Virus record (IMG/VR): IMGVR_UViG_643348564_000003
Location: 798-64,797 of that record
DNA length: 64,000 bases
Direction: 5' to 3' (one strand)
DNA from: a virus
Positions 29,445 to 38,857 of this stretch are shown in pieces; within the stretch, counting starts at the first letter, position 1; each line of letters begins with the position of its first letter. A program made the position numbers and the translations under genes. Below the pieces are notes generated by a model, which did no database searches, was not told the origin of the DNA, and saw only the letters and a program-made list of their open reading frames with translations.

Positions 29445-29688
29445 CCCGTGAACGTTGTTTTCGTGTGTGGGATCAGAGGGTTGTGCCCTATTCGTGACCC
29501 CACGCTCTCGAAGGGAGAAATGCACCAAAACCCGTTACACCGATTTGGAACGCGGATCGGCCCGTGAACAGTGTTCTTTGCTTGACAGGTTTTCGGGGTG
29601 GGTCGGGATTCGGGGCTACGACGCGCTGCGATTCGCCCCGTGACGGGGCGTGACAGGCGGCGTGACGCGGATGCCAGGGGGCGTGACG

Positions 29689-29970
29689 ATGGCGGATCCT
29701 GCGGGCATTCCGGAGCTGCTGCGGCGGCTCGCTCTCGACGCAGCGGAGATCGGGGCCGATCGCAATATGGACGTGGGCCTGGCGCTCACCGTGCTGGGCA
29801 TCGACGTGACGGTGACCGGCGTGTCGCCCCGTACAGGCCAGAGCTACAGCGACCTGCGGCGGGTGAAGTGGTCGGAGCTCGAGTCGGCCGAGGAGTTGTC
29901 CGCGCCGATCTGCGAGGCGGTGCAGGCCGGCGTGGAGACCGTGACGGAGCGACTGAAGAGCCGGCGGTGA
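29689..29970 (+). CDS. Hypothetical protein
   Basis: Host-like codon usage, 93 aa. Confidence 0.6.
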   Translation: MADPAGIPELLRRLALDAAEIGADRNMDVGLALTVLGIDVTVTGVSPRTGQSYSDLRRVKWSELESAEELSAPICEAVQAGVETVTERLKSRR

Positions 29971-30039
29971 GGCACTTGATTCGGATTGCGGCTTACGTAA
30001 GTATTTGAGGCGCTGTTGTCCTTTTGAACATCTAGGTCG

Positions 30040-30246
30040 GTGAACATGGTATATCGCGTCATATATTATGAAGGCGAGGAAAAAGGGTCAACTCCACACG
30101 CTGGCCCTCTGCAGGATACAGTGGAGTTCGCAAAGGCCGGATTGATCCGTCACTCGGCCGACATGGCACGCATCATTGATGTCGACGGGAGCGGAGCAGA
30201 AGTCGAATCCGTTCGCCGCGACAACGAAGTCAGCAATACGAAATAA
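30040..30246 (+). CDS. Small hypothetical protein (low GC)
   Basis: 68-aa ORF with protein-like composition. Confidence 0.55.
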   Translation: MNMVYRVIYYEGEEKGSTPHAGPLQDTVEFAKAGLIRHSADMARIIDVDGSGAEVESVRRDNEVSNTK

Positions 30247-30484
30247 CAAAGCACAGGCGCGCGGAACGCGCCTGTGCTACGCTCCTCCGGTTAGCGAGCG
30301 GCATCGTGAGATGTGGAGGCGCACCAGCCCGCCGGGGCAGGATGCTTTGCGGTGCGGCATGCGCGGCTGATGCCACACCTGGCCGAAGTCGTGCTGCAAC
30401 TGCTTGGCAGCATGCTGGATCTGGTTAAGCCGATCGACCGCCAGCTTGGTGCGCTGTTCGTCTATTCTCATCTCCCTGCGCCGG

Positions 30485-30619
30485 TCAGTCCCATTCGATC
30501 CAGTCGCGCCCGCAGCGCCTGCAGTGACACTGCCAGCCGTGGTTGAGAGGCCACTCCTGGCGATCGGCGCCGTGCGCGAGGGTGCACCACACCGTTTTCA
30601 GCCACCTGCGCATCGACAT
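30485..30619 (-). CDS. Small Cys/His-rich hypothetical protein
   Basis: GGAG RBS; WCTLAHG...CHCRRCGR. Confidence 0.45.
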   Translation of the reverse strand: MSMRRWLKTVWCTLAHGADRQEWPLNHGWQCHCRRCGRDWIEWD

Positions 30620-30953
30620 CTCCAGGTGTGCCGGATCATGCCTCCGCCAAACTGCGGTCGCCAACTTCAGCAGCGCAGATCCGGAATGCCCCCTCATACA
30701 GACACTTGCCGTGATAGTAGCCCGGATGATGAATGCCTTCCCGCGCCACAACTGTGCTGCGGCGCACGTCGGCCTGACCCGCTGAATACGCGCGATAACA
30801 ATCGAACGCAGCGACGGCGATCGGGCGCTTCGGAGTTTCTCATATTGCTGTCAGGATCGTTCCGTCTGCAAATCTCCTGTGAGTCCGTATCTACGGTATT
30901 GACAGGGCAACCTATCAGGATCAGGGGGGAACTGTTCGCATAGGAACAACAAG

Positions 30954-31451
30954 ATGACAGACTCCGTCTCCACCAACTCCGTAGAACTCGCCAGTGACAT
31001 CATCTCGGCTTACGTCTCGAACAACCCGGTGCCAGCCGCGAGCCTGCCGGAGCTGATCAAGGCCGTCTATGAGACGCTCAGCAACCTCACGAACCCGCCC
31101 GCGCCGGCCGTAGAGGAGACCCCCAAGGCGAGCCCGGCCCAGATCAGGAAGTCGATCACGCCGGACCACCTGATCAGCTTCATCGACGGCAAGCCGTACA
31201 AGAGCCTGAAGCGGCACCTCACCAAGCACGGCATGACGCCGGAGGACTACCGCACGAAGTTCGGGCTCCCGGTGACGTACCCGATGGTGGCCGAGACCTA
31301 CGCGACCCAGCGTTCGGAGCTCGCAAAGAGCATTGGGCTTGGCCAGAAGCGTCAGGAGGCGGCGAAGGCGGCCGCCAAGGCCGCCACGCCTGATGCCATC
31401 GTGAAGGCGCCTGCGAAGACCAAGCGGCCGCGTAAGCCCGCCGCGGAGTAG
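30954..31451 (+). CDS. mucR: Ros/MucR family transcriptional regulator with Lys/Ala-rich tail
   Basis: DIISAYVSNN, QIRKSITPDHLISFIDGKPYKSLKRHL and GLPVTYPMVA motifs. Confidence 0.93.
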   Translation: MTDSVSTNSVELASDIISAYVSNNPVPAASLPELIKAVYETLSNLTNPPAPAVEETPKASPAQIRKSITPDHLISFIDGKPYKSLKRHLTKHGMTPEDYRTKFGLPVTYPMVAETYATQRSELAKSIGLGQKRQEAAKAAAKAATPDAIVKAPAKTKRPRKPAAE

Positions 31452-31633
31452 CGTGAAGAGCCCCTTCTCACGAAGGCGACAAGTTGCGCCCACTCGTAGC
31501 CTGTCGCTCGCCTCGGCGCTCCTCGTGCTGCTCGGCGCGGTGATTGCTGTGATCGGCATCGTCTTCGCTGCGCAGGACTTTTTCGGCGGAGGGCTGCCGG
31601 TCCCGCGATAAGCCATGCTCTTGGCGGCAGAGT

Positions 31634-31852
31634 GTGGCATGCAAACAGCAGCTCAAGACACGGCGGGGCGCTACAGCGGCGCGAACCAGGACGCCGCCCT
31701 TGCACACCCTTCGTTTTGCTGTCGTTAGCTTCATCATCAGCACCCTCGTCGCCGCGGCCGCGATGGTGGCGATGGACCGGGATGCGCGTTACCGGCTGGC
31801 AGGAGCGCTGCAGGTCGCGCCGGCGACGCGGGTTGAGGCTCAGGCGAAGTAG
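31634..31852 (+). CDS. Small membrane protein
   Basis: Single hydrophobic helix FAVVSFIISTLVAAAAMVAM. Confidence 0.4.
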   Translation: MACKQQLKTRRGATAARTRTPPLHTLRFAVVSFIISTLVAAAAMVAMDRDARYRLAGALQVAPATRVEAQAK

Positions 31853-31902
31853 CGGGCGGCTGCCTGCGAGCATTGCGCGCCTGAGCTCTATGCTTCTAGG
31901 CG

Positions 31903-32277
31903 TCATTTCGCGGGCGTCGGTATCAGGATCACCTTGCCGATCTGCGCCGTCGGGCTCGCGAGCCCCCTCTCGATCGCGGGCCACGCATCGTCCGGCGGAT
32001 CGCAAGGATGACTATTGTGGGTTGATACGGGCCGCTCAACGAGGCGCCCCAGCTCTTCCGCCCAATCCTGCCACGCGGTCTGCACCTGTACGAAGTCGGA
32101 GATCAGGCTCCCGTCGCTGCCGTCGAGATTGGACCAGATGATATAGACATCGACGTCACTCAGCGGACCGAGGTCGGCCCGGGCGGTGCTGCCGAAGACA
32201 GCGATGCGCTCGATGGAGGCGTGCGAAGCAACGCGCTCGGCGAGAAACGACAGGATGGTGTGCTGGTCCGGCGTCAT
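31903..32277 (-). CDS. Minimal nucleotidyltransferase (Pol beta superfamily)
   Basis: IAVFGSTARADLGPLSDVDV = GS...DxD motif. Confidence 0.85.
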   Translation of the reverse strand: MTPDQHTILSFLAERVASHASIERIAVFGSTARADLGPLSDVDVYIIWSNLDGSDGSLISDFVQVQTAWQDWAEELGRLVERPVSTHNSHPCDPPDDAWPAIERGLASPTAQIGKVILIPTPAK

Positions 32278-32323
32278 GCTCTCCTCGTCCCTCCTGATTT
32301 CGCGTCGAAGCCAACGCCGCTTC

Positions 32324-32526
32324 TCGGGCTGCCTGTGACGTATCCGATGGTGGCTGAGAGCTACGCGAAGGCCCGCTCCGAGCTCCCACAGGCCCGCTGG
32401 TCTTGGTCAGCGCCGCCGGAAGCTGCCGAGGCCCGCAAGGCCGCTGCCAGGGCGGGTGCTCCTGATCCAACGGTGAAGGCATCGGCCAAGCGGACCCGCA
32501 AGCCCAAGGCCGCCGCGTCCGAGTAA
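32324..32526 (+). pseudogene. mucR: 3' fragment of a mucR paralog with frameshift
   Basis: GLPVTYPMVAESYAKARSEL, then shifted frame; tail KASAKRTRKPKAAASE*; 5' part absent. Confidence 0.8.
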
Positions 32527-32754
32527 GTGCACAGCTCCTTCCGATCGCGACAGGCCGCGCGCAAGCGCAGCCTGACGCTCGGCTCGGCGGCCCTCGTGCA
32601 GATGAGGGCGCTGATCGCGGCCGCAATTGGCGGCAATTGGCTCTGAGAGAAGGCGCCGGGAGACGACCTGCTTCCGACGCGCCGCGGAACCCTAGCAGCG
32701 ACTTGCTCTTGATGTAAGAGTGGCTCGCCCTGCCATAGCGACCGGAGCCTTCAC

Positions 32755-32916
32755 ATGGCAGACCTGGTTCTGGGCTTCCTGAAGACAGCAGCACTCGTCG
32801 CGTTCATCAGCCTGGCCGTGCTGCACGTTCATCTCGAGCGTAAGAGCGTTCAGCTACCTTCCAAGGCCGAAGCAACGCCCGCGCTCTCTCAAGCCGCCTA
32901 CATCCCGCGCCAGTAG
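32755..32916 (+). CDS. Small single-pass membrane protein
   Basis: MADLVLGFLKTAALVAFISLAVLH..., GGAG upstream. Confidence 0.45.
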   Translation: MADLVLGFLKTAALVAFISLAVLHVHLERKSVQLPSKAEATPALSQAAYIPRQ

Positions 32917-32945
32917 TTGTTTCTCTCCGGCCGGCGAGGTGATCC

Positions 32946-33155
32946 CTACCGGTGCACCGGCCCTTCCGCCTTGGCGGTGCCGAGGATGCACAGCGCGACG
33001 CCGATAACGCCCACGACCGTTCCGGCTGTCGAGTGGTGCATGTAGGACCAGTAGTAGCCCGGACCGCCGACCACCACGCCGGCCAGGGTGAGGACCAAGC
33101 CCTTCAGCGAGACTGACGGCTGCGTCGGTACCTGCAGGTTCCCGCTCACGTCCAT
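32946..33155 (-). CDS. Small two-helix membrane protein
   Basis: Two hydrophobic segments; GAGG upstream. Confidence 0.5.
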   Translation of the reverse strand: MDVSGNLQVPTQPSVSLKGLVLTLAGVVVGGPGYYWSYMHHSTAGTVVGVIGVALCILGTAKAEGPVHR

Positions 33156-33425
33156 CACGGACCTCCCTCGAGCAGTCCTTAAGCAAGCCAAAACCCAGAA
33201 GATGTCGGATGTGTGGAAGTTGACCGCGCGTTGTGGCCGCTCGCGCTCGGCGCACAAGCGGGCGCCGAGAGGATGAGCGCCCGCCAGCCGAGACGCGGCC
33301 GCTCCCGTCCGCGCGCATGCCGCGCGTCCGGCCTGCGGGCCGGAGCTGGCGGACACCTCGACCGTGTAGTGAGAGCGCCAGCTGATGCTTTCCAGCCGGT
33401 CCACCGCTGTGCATCCGCTCGGCCG

Positions 33426-33641
33426 CTACCGACCGTCGTCGCGGATCGTGATCAGACCAATTTCGCCACGCACCACATACCGAGGCGCATAGCCGGCACG
33501 CTCCAGCGCGCATATGGCGATGTCCTTTGGATTGGTAAAACCGTGATGCACTGCATCCTGGATTTGAACCAAGATGGTGGCCCTCTCTGCTGGGCTCAAC
33601 TCGCGATACGCGTCGCGGAAGGCAACATTGACGATCGCCAT
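33426..33641 (-). CDS. Small hypothetical protein
   Basis: 71-aa ORF; start codon uncertain. Confidence 0.45.
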   Translation of the reverse strand: MAIVNVAFRDAYRELSPAERATILVQIQDAVHHGFTNPKDIAICALERAGYAPRYVVRGEIGLITIRDDGR

Positions 33642-34043
33642 GGCGACGATGTCAGGGCCCCGCGGACTGGCCGTGACCGTCACGAGAGGACACGCGCCCT
33701 CGCACCGGCCGCCCTCGCCAACTCCAACATGTTTGCCGTCCCCGTGCCGCCCGGGTAGGCCAAAACTAGATCAGGCTGCTCCTCCATCAACATCCTGATG
33801 CCGTCGGGCATCTGATTTGCAAGGCCCAGGGACGATGCCACTCACGGCCGTCCTCAGGGTCGCAGTGGGGTATCCTCGAAACTCAGGAGACCTCGTTTCC
33901 GGATGGTTTCGTGAGCATCGCGCGAAATGTCTGGTGCATACTCAAGGGTATCCGCTCACAAATCGCGTGTGATTCCGCGATCGTGGTGTTGACAGGCTGG
34001 TTCATCAAGCTCAGGGGGAAGCTGGTCGCATAGGAGCAACAAA

Positions 34044-34550
34044 ATGACCGACTCCGTCTCCACCAACTCCGTAGAACTCGCCACCGACATCGTTTCGGCC
34101 TACATCTCGAACAACAACGTACCTGCATCCGAACTGCCGGCCCTGATCCAGAGCGTCCATGCAGCGCTCGGCGCTCTGGGGAAGCCGGCCGCTCCGGCCG
34201 TAGAGGAGGCACCTAAGGCGACCCCGGCCCAGATCAGGAAGTCTATCACGCCGGACCACATGATCAGCTTCATCGACGGCAAGCCGTACAAGAGCCTGAA
34301 GCGGCACCTCACCAAGCACGGCATGACGCCGGAGGACTACCGGGCGAAGTTCGGCCTACCCGTCACGTACCCGATGGTGGCCGAAAGCTACGCGGCCCAG
34401 CGTTCGGAGCTCGCCAAGAGCATCGGGCTTGGTCAGAAGCGCCAGGAGGCAGTGAAGGCGGCCGCCAAGGCCGCCGCGCCTGATGCCATCGTGACGGCGC
34501 CTGCGAAGGCCAAGCGGGCCCGCAAGGTCAAACCTGCAGCTGCCAAGTAA
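34044..34550 (+). CDS. mucR: Ros/MucR family transcriptional regulator with Lys/Ala-rich tail
   Basis: Near-copy of 30954-31451, including the upstream TTGACAGG...TCAGGGGGAA...CGCATAGGA leader. Confidence 0.93.
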   Translation: MTDSVSTNSVELATDIVSAYISNNNVPASELPALIQSVHAALGALGKPAAPAVEEAPKATPAQIRKSITPDHMISFIDGKPYKSLKRHLTKHGMTPEDYRAKFGLPVTYPMVAESYAAQRSELAKSIGLGQKRQEAVKAAAKAAAPDAIVTAPAKAKRARKVKPAAAK

Positions 34551-34759
34551 GGCGCAACAGATCGGCGCTGGCATTTTAGAATTCCAGCGCCGACGTTCCG
34601 AAGAGCCATCGTCCTTCGGCATGCCGCTTCGGAAGAGCTTGAGTTTGGCGCTGTTCAGATTAGCCCATCTGTCCAGCGCCATTCTGATGAATAGTAGCGG
34701 AACCTTGCCTGATAAGAGTACAGAAGATCTCAATGTATTAAGCTGAATCCTGGGTTCGA

Positions 34760-35737
34760 CTAAGCGGCATCTGATCTTAGAGGTACGGTCTCGGCAATTC
34801 CATGAGGCGGCGCGACTGTCACCTCGACAGGACCCGGAGCGGCAGCCCGCCGGAGTTGGTTCAACGCATCAATCACGATGGGCAGTTCGGCCAGCACCGC
34901 TTCGAGCGGCATGCTCATAATGCGGGGCCCCTCGTCGTCCAAGTCTGCCGTTTTGGCAGCCTGTCGCCCAGCTTGCATATCGGCGACGATGCCGGCGGCC
35001 TTCGACCCGGCGATCGGCTGTACGGCTTGCACGCGTCCGAAGATCGCCAGCCCGCCGCCCACGACCGGGCCGATGATCTGGATCGCCTTCAATACGAAGT
35101 CCGCTGCCGAATTCGGATCAACGAGTTTGAGGGCCGGAAAGGCGGCGCTAAGCAGGGGGAGCGCGATAGCCATGATGCCGCCGATGACAGCCTTAGACTG
35201 GTACCAGGGCTTTGCCGCTGTATCGGGGAGCGACGGATTCGGCATGGCAGGTGTCTCCTTGGCAAGGTCGGACGCATGGCTTGCGGAGTAGAGCGCGATT
35301 GCCCGCTGGGCGAAGTTGAGTCGGGCCTCAATCCTTTTGATGCCGGCTTTCTCGTAATGCGCTTCGAATGTTTCTACGGCAGCTCGGACCGTCGTCGTCT
35401 TCTTGAGCTGCGTGATGGCGTGGCTGAATTTAAGATCCGGGATTGCGTCGGTCAGCTCGGCTCTCATGTAGCCGTAGTTCGCCTCGTAACTGGTGAGATC
35501 GAAGCCGCGGGCACGAGCCCAGCGCTCGAAGGCTACACGGCGCGCGCCCGTCCATTGCGCCCAGCCAAAACCGCCACGGCTGCCACGAATGGCTGGGCGC
35601 AGCTCCTGGATGGCTCGCAGGCCACTTTCCGCTCCCAGGTTGCCGAGGATTCCGGCTGCTTGCTCGACCGTCAGGTCGAAGTCGGAGATCAGCTCTCGCA
35701 TGACTCTCGGCGCGAGATTATCGAATGCAGTCGCCAT
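34760..35737 (-). CDS. Phage tail lysozyme-family muramidase fused to holin-like membrane domain
   Basis: QAAGILGNLGAESG, GFGWAQWTG, FEAHYEKAG; then KPWYQSKAVIGG...GGGLAIFGRVQA hydrophobic hairpin. Confidence 0.8.
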   Translation of the reverse strand: MATAFDNLAPRVMRELISDFDLTVEQAAGILGNLGAESGLRAIQELRPAIRGSRGGFGWAQWTGARRVAFERWARARGFDLTSYEANYGYMRAELTDAIPDLKFSHAITQLKKTTTVRAAVETFEAHYEKAGIKRIEARLNFAQRAIALYSASHASDLAKETPAMPNPSLPDTAAKPWYQSKAVIGGIMAIALPLLSAAFPALKLVDPNSAADFVLKAIQIIGPVVGGGLAIFGRVQAVQPIAGSKAAGIVADMQAGRQAAKTADLDDEGPRIMSMPLEAVLAELPIVIDALNQLRRAAAPGPVEVTVAPPHGIAETVPLRSDAA

Positions 35738-36122
35738 GGAGCACCTCGACATCAGCAACTAGCGATAAGGGTCTCACAGGTTGCTCTGTATGGCTAGAAA
35801 TCGCTGCACGTGGGTGCGGTTGAATGCACCATGGCGTGCGTTTTCGCACGTACAATCATAGAATCAGTCCTGATTGGCTCAGCCCATGCGCTGGGCGTGC
35901 AGGGAATTCGCGCTTTGATGAAGCTTGGGTATTCGCCCGGCTGGACAGATTTGTGAGCGCAAAATCATGTTTTAGAGTTGATCGGGCGTTCGACGGCGCG
36001 GCGCGGCAGAGTTGCACCGAGGCCGGAGCAGTGGCAGCGCTATTCTTCTGTGCGCGCTCGGAGCAGGCTCTTGTCCCGGGGGCCTCCCTCAAGCCAGGAG
36101 AGCGTGGGGCCGGAGGAACGCC

Positions 36123-36305
36123 ATGCCGCACCGCGGGTACACCGTGCGGAGGGCACGTGAGGGCTGGGGCGTCTATGTCGTCGGCACGGGTGAGCCCGTC
36201 CGCGTGGACGGGCGGGAGCAGACAGGGCTGTCGAGCGAGAGCGCCATCGAACTTCTCGCGGCACTGAGGGTCCTCGCCTTCATCAGATCTGAGTTCGGCG
36301 AGTGA
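36123..36305 (+). CDS. Small hypothetical protein
   Basis: GGAGG RBS; 60 aa. Confidence 0.6.
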   Translation: MPHRGYTVRRAREGWGVYVVGTGEPVRVDGREQTGLSSESAIELLAALRVLAFIRSEFGE

Positions 36306-36342
36306 CCGGCTACTAATCCCGACAGGATCTTGTCAGCACTCG

Positions 36343-36972
36343 TCAGACGGACCTCCAGTGAGGCAGCTCGGCCTCGCCCATCTCGGCGAGGTGGCGACGC
36401 ACCTGAGCGTCGAGCACGGCCACCAGAGAGCGAGAATCGACCTTGCCTGTCCGCGGATCGACTTGGATCTCGTCCGCGGCCTCGATCGCGATGCGAGCCG
36501 GCCAAGCCAGCCACGCATCGCGGTTCTCGCGCGCCGCGTCGAAAAACGCGGCCTCGGCCGCGGTCCGCTCGATGAGGCGGCCCTGCTGCTCGGCCTGGTC
36601 AAGGCTGCGCTGGCGGGCCTTCAGGATCAGCTCGGCGGTGCGGGCCTTGCCGAAGTCGATGCCGCCGTCCGCATCCTCCACCCCCTCCTCGGCCAGCACC
36701 CGGGCGATCAGGCTGACCGCCTCGCGAGCCTCGGCCGGGGTGCGCACCTCCGCGCGGGGGTGCGTACCGCGGGTGCGCACCGTCTGCGGCTCGGTACGCA
36801 CCTTGGTACGCGCCGGATCGGTTGAGCCCTGCCACGCCTCGCGGACTGCCTCGGGATCAATCAGGCCATTCGGCAAGCGCTTGATCCGGTTGGCCTTGAG
36901 CGCCTTCCGCACCGCGCCCTCGGTCACGCCGAGGACCTTCGCCAGCTGCCTTGCCGAGACGCCGTCGGCCAT
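36343..36972 (-). CDS. Orphan Nu1-like small terminase homolog
   Basis: N-terminal HTH (SARQLAKVLGVTEGAVRKAL), ARTAELILKARQRSLD...GRLIER, RENRDAWLAWPARIA. Confidence 0.72.
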   Translation of the reverse strand: MADGVSARQLAKVLGVTEGAVRKALKANRIKRLPNGLIDPEAVREAWQGSTDPARTKVRTEPQTVRTRGTHPRAEVRTPAEAREAVSLIARVLAEEGVEDADGGIDFGKARTAELILKARQRSLDQAEQQGRLIERTAAEAAFFDAARENRDAWLAWPARIAIEAADEIQVDPRTGKVDSRSLVAVLDAQVRRHLAEMGEAELPHWRSV

Positions 36973-37094
36973 GGGTGCGTACCTCGAATTTCGGGGTCAG
37001 CGCTAGGAACAGGCGGGGCCCCGCCCACCCGTATCGATTTCGACCCTCCAGGGGCCCTGACGCTTCGTCAGGAAGAGGCGGGACAGGGCGTCAG

Positions 37095-37367
37095 TCAGGG
37101 CTCTCCCTTGCCTCGTTCCTCCAGCAACGCCACAGCGCGCGACACCTCTGACGCTAGCTGCTGAAGGAGACTGGTCATGCCCTCCCCTGCGATGGCCGCC
37201 TCCAGCAGGTGCTCGACCTCTTCGCTGAGCGAGTGCGCATTCGCCTGCGCGCGAGCCTCGACAGCCTCTCGAATGGTGGGACGCAGGCGGACCGTCAGCG
37301 TCGGCCTTTTCGCTACGCCTTCCGCCTTGCGTGGCCTGCCTCTCGGCCTCTTTTCAGAACAGGGCAT
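37095..37367 (-). CDS. Arc/TraY-like ribbon-helix-helix DNA-binding protein
   Basis: RGRPRK hook plus LTVRLRPTIREAVEARAQANAHSLSEEVEHLLE. Confidence 0.75.
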   Translation of the reverse strand: MPCSEKRPRGRPRKAEGVAKRPTLTVRLRPTIREAVEARAQANAHSLSEEVEHLLEAAIAGEGMTSLLQQLASEVSRAVALLEERGKGEP

Positions 37368-37830
37368 CGAGATTTTCCGGCCCGTCCGCAACCGGTGCAT
37401 ACCGGATCGCCGCACGGTTCCTGGCGCGGACTGCCTCCATGCGCTCCAAGCCACGGTGGAACTCGTGCTGCCCATGGCGCTCCTGGGTCAGCTGACCGAG
37501 TAGGCGAGAAGCGATGATCTGCATTGCGCCGCGGACCGACTGATCCCGAGCGCGATCAAATTCATCAGCACCGCTCTCACTGCGCCAGATATTCAGCGCC
37601 GCATCAACGACATCACGACCCGGCCGACCGCCGGTCAAGTCGAGATAAGCGTCGAACGCCTGGGCACATTCGACAACCGTGTTGCCCAGCTCCTCGGGCT
37701 TCCCGGCACCCCTCTGAATGCGGAGCAGGTTGGCGAGCATCTCGCGTAGGCAGCCACCAAGGCGCTCAGTCGCATGGCGCAGAGCGATATCGCGCTCCGA
37801 CTGCTCGGCCACCAGTCGCAATTCAGTCAT
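37354..37830 (-). CDS. Hypothetical protein
   Basis: 158-aa helical ORF overlapping the Arc-like gene start. Confidence 0.65.
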   Translation of the reverse strand: MTELRLVAEQSERDIALRHATERLGGCLREMLANLLRIQRGAGKPEELGNTVVECAQAFDAYLDLTGGRPGRDVVDAALNIWRSESGADEFDRARDQSVRGAMQIIASRLLGQLTQERHGQHEFHRGLERMEAVRARNRAAIRYAPVADGPENLDALF

Positions 37831-38857
37831 GCATGCTTCTCAATCATTGCCTGGCTAGCATTGGTCAAGGTGCTGCTTCCGGAGGATCAGCCACAGTGCA
37901 GCTCGGGTGGGATCCGTGGTCGACCCTTCGACCAACCGTCCAGGGTACCCCGGAAGATTGATTGCTCGGATCCGATGCCCCGCGTAGTCTCACGGACATG
38001 CGGGTGAAGTAGGCGACGGTCAGGGTTCTCACTGATCGGCGGCGGGGCAGCACCGGCCCACCCGCACCAATCTCTTCTCACCCCTACTGCCGTTCGCGGC
38101 ACGGGCCCTGGCCGCAGATCGCGCAGGCGGTGAGGCTGGCAGGCCCGCTGAGCGGGCAGCTTTGGCACTGCGGGGTGTCGAAGTTCTCAACCCTCGGGTC
38201 GATCGCGCCCGCGGCAGTGACGACATCACGGGCGAAGCGCAGGGCTTCTCGCGTCGCGGTGTCAGATCGCTTCGGAGCATGGCGGCGCGTCCCTGAGCCG
38301 CCACGACGGGACCTGGACAAAGGATGCATTCCCCCTGTCGCGGCGCACGGGTCTTCCGGGCCAGGGCCACACCGGAGATGCACGCGAAGCTCGCGGATCA
38401 CGCACAGCGTGGTCGTCCAACAGCCGAGGTAGCATGCTACCGCCATTCGAGCAAGAGGAGGAGCTCGGTCGGCACCCTTGAGGGGTTGAACACAGACGAC
38501 TGTTTGATGAACCAGCGCTCCTGACCCGCGCGGGGAACTTCGCCGCCCCCGCGGCGAGCAACTGCTTTCGAGCGTCGTCCAGACGTTCGATACACGGCCA
38601 GCGCATGGGATCGGCACGGACAGCGCCAGATCGGAACGTGGGCACAAGGACTTGCGCTGCCCTCGTTGCAGGCCAGAGCGATGCCAGAGTGAACCAACGT
38701 CTCTGGACCCGGGCCGAGGCGAGCAAAGAATGAAGCTATGCTGATGCAGCCCCGCAATCTCTCTCCGAGTTTGCAGTACGCTCCCTTCAGCCTTTATACT
38801 AAAACAGTTACCCGTGTCGCGAAGTTGCGACAGGTACTATAGTCGCAGGGTGAAGCC

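Noticed and set aside
38084-38760. Overlapping ORFs that might be a gene fragment; 14-bp palindrome GGTAGCATGCTACC near 38428
   Set aside because: No consistent reading frame or recognisable motif, so no call could be supported.
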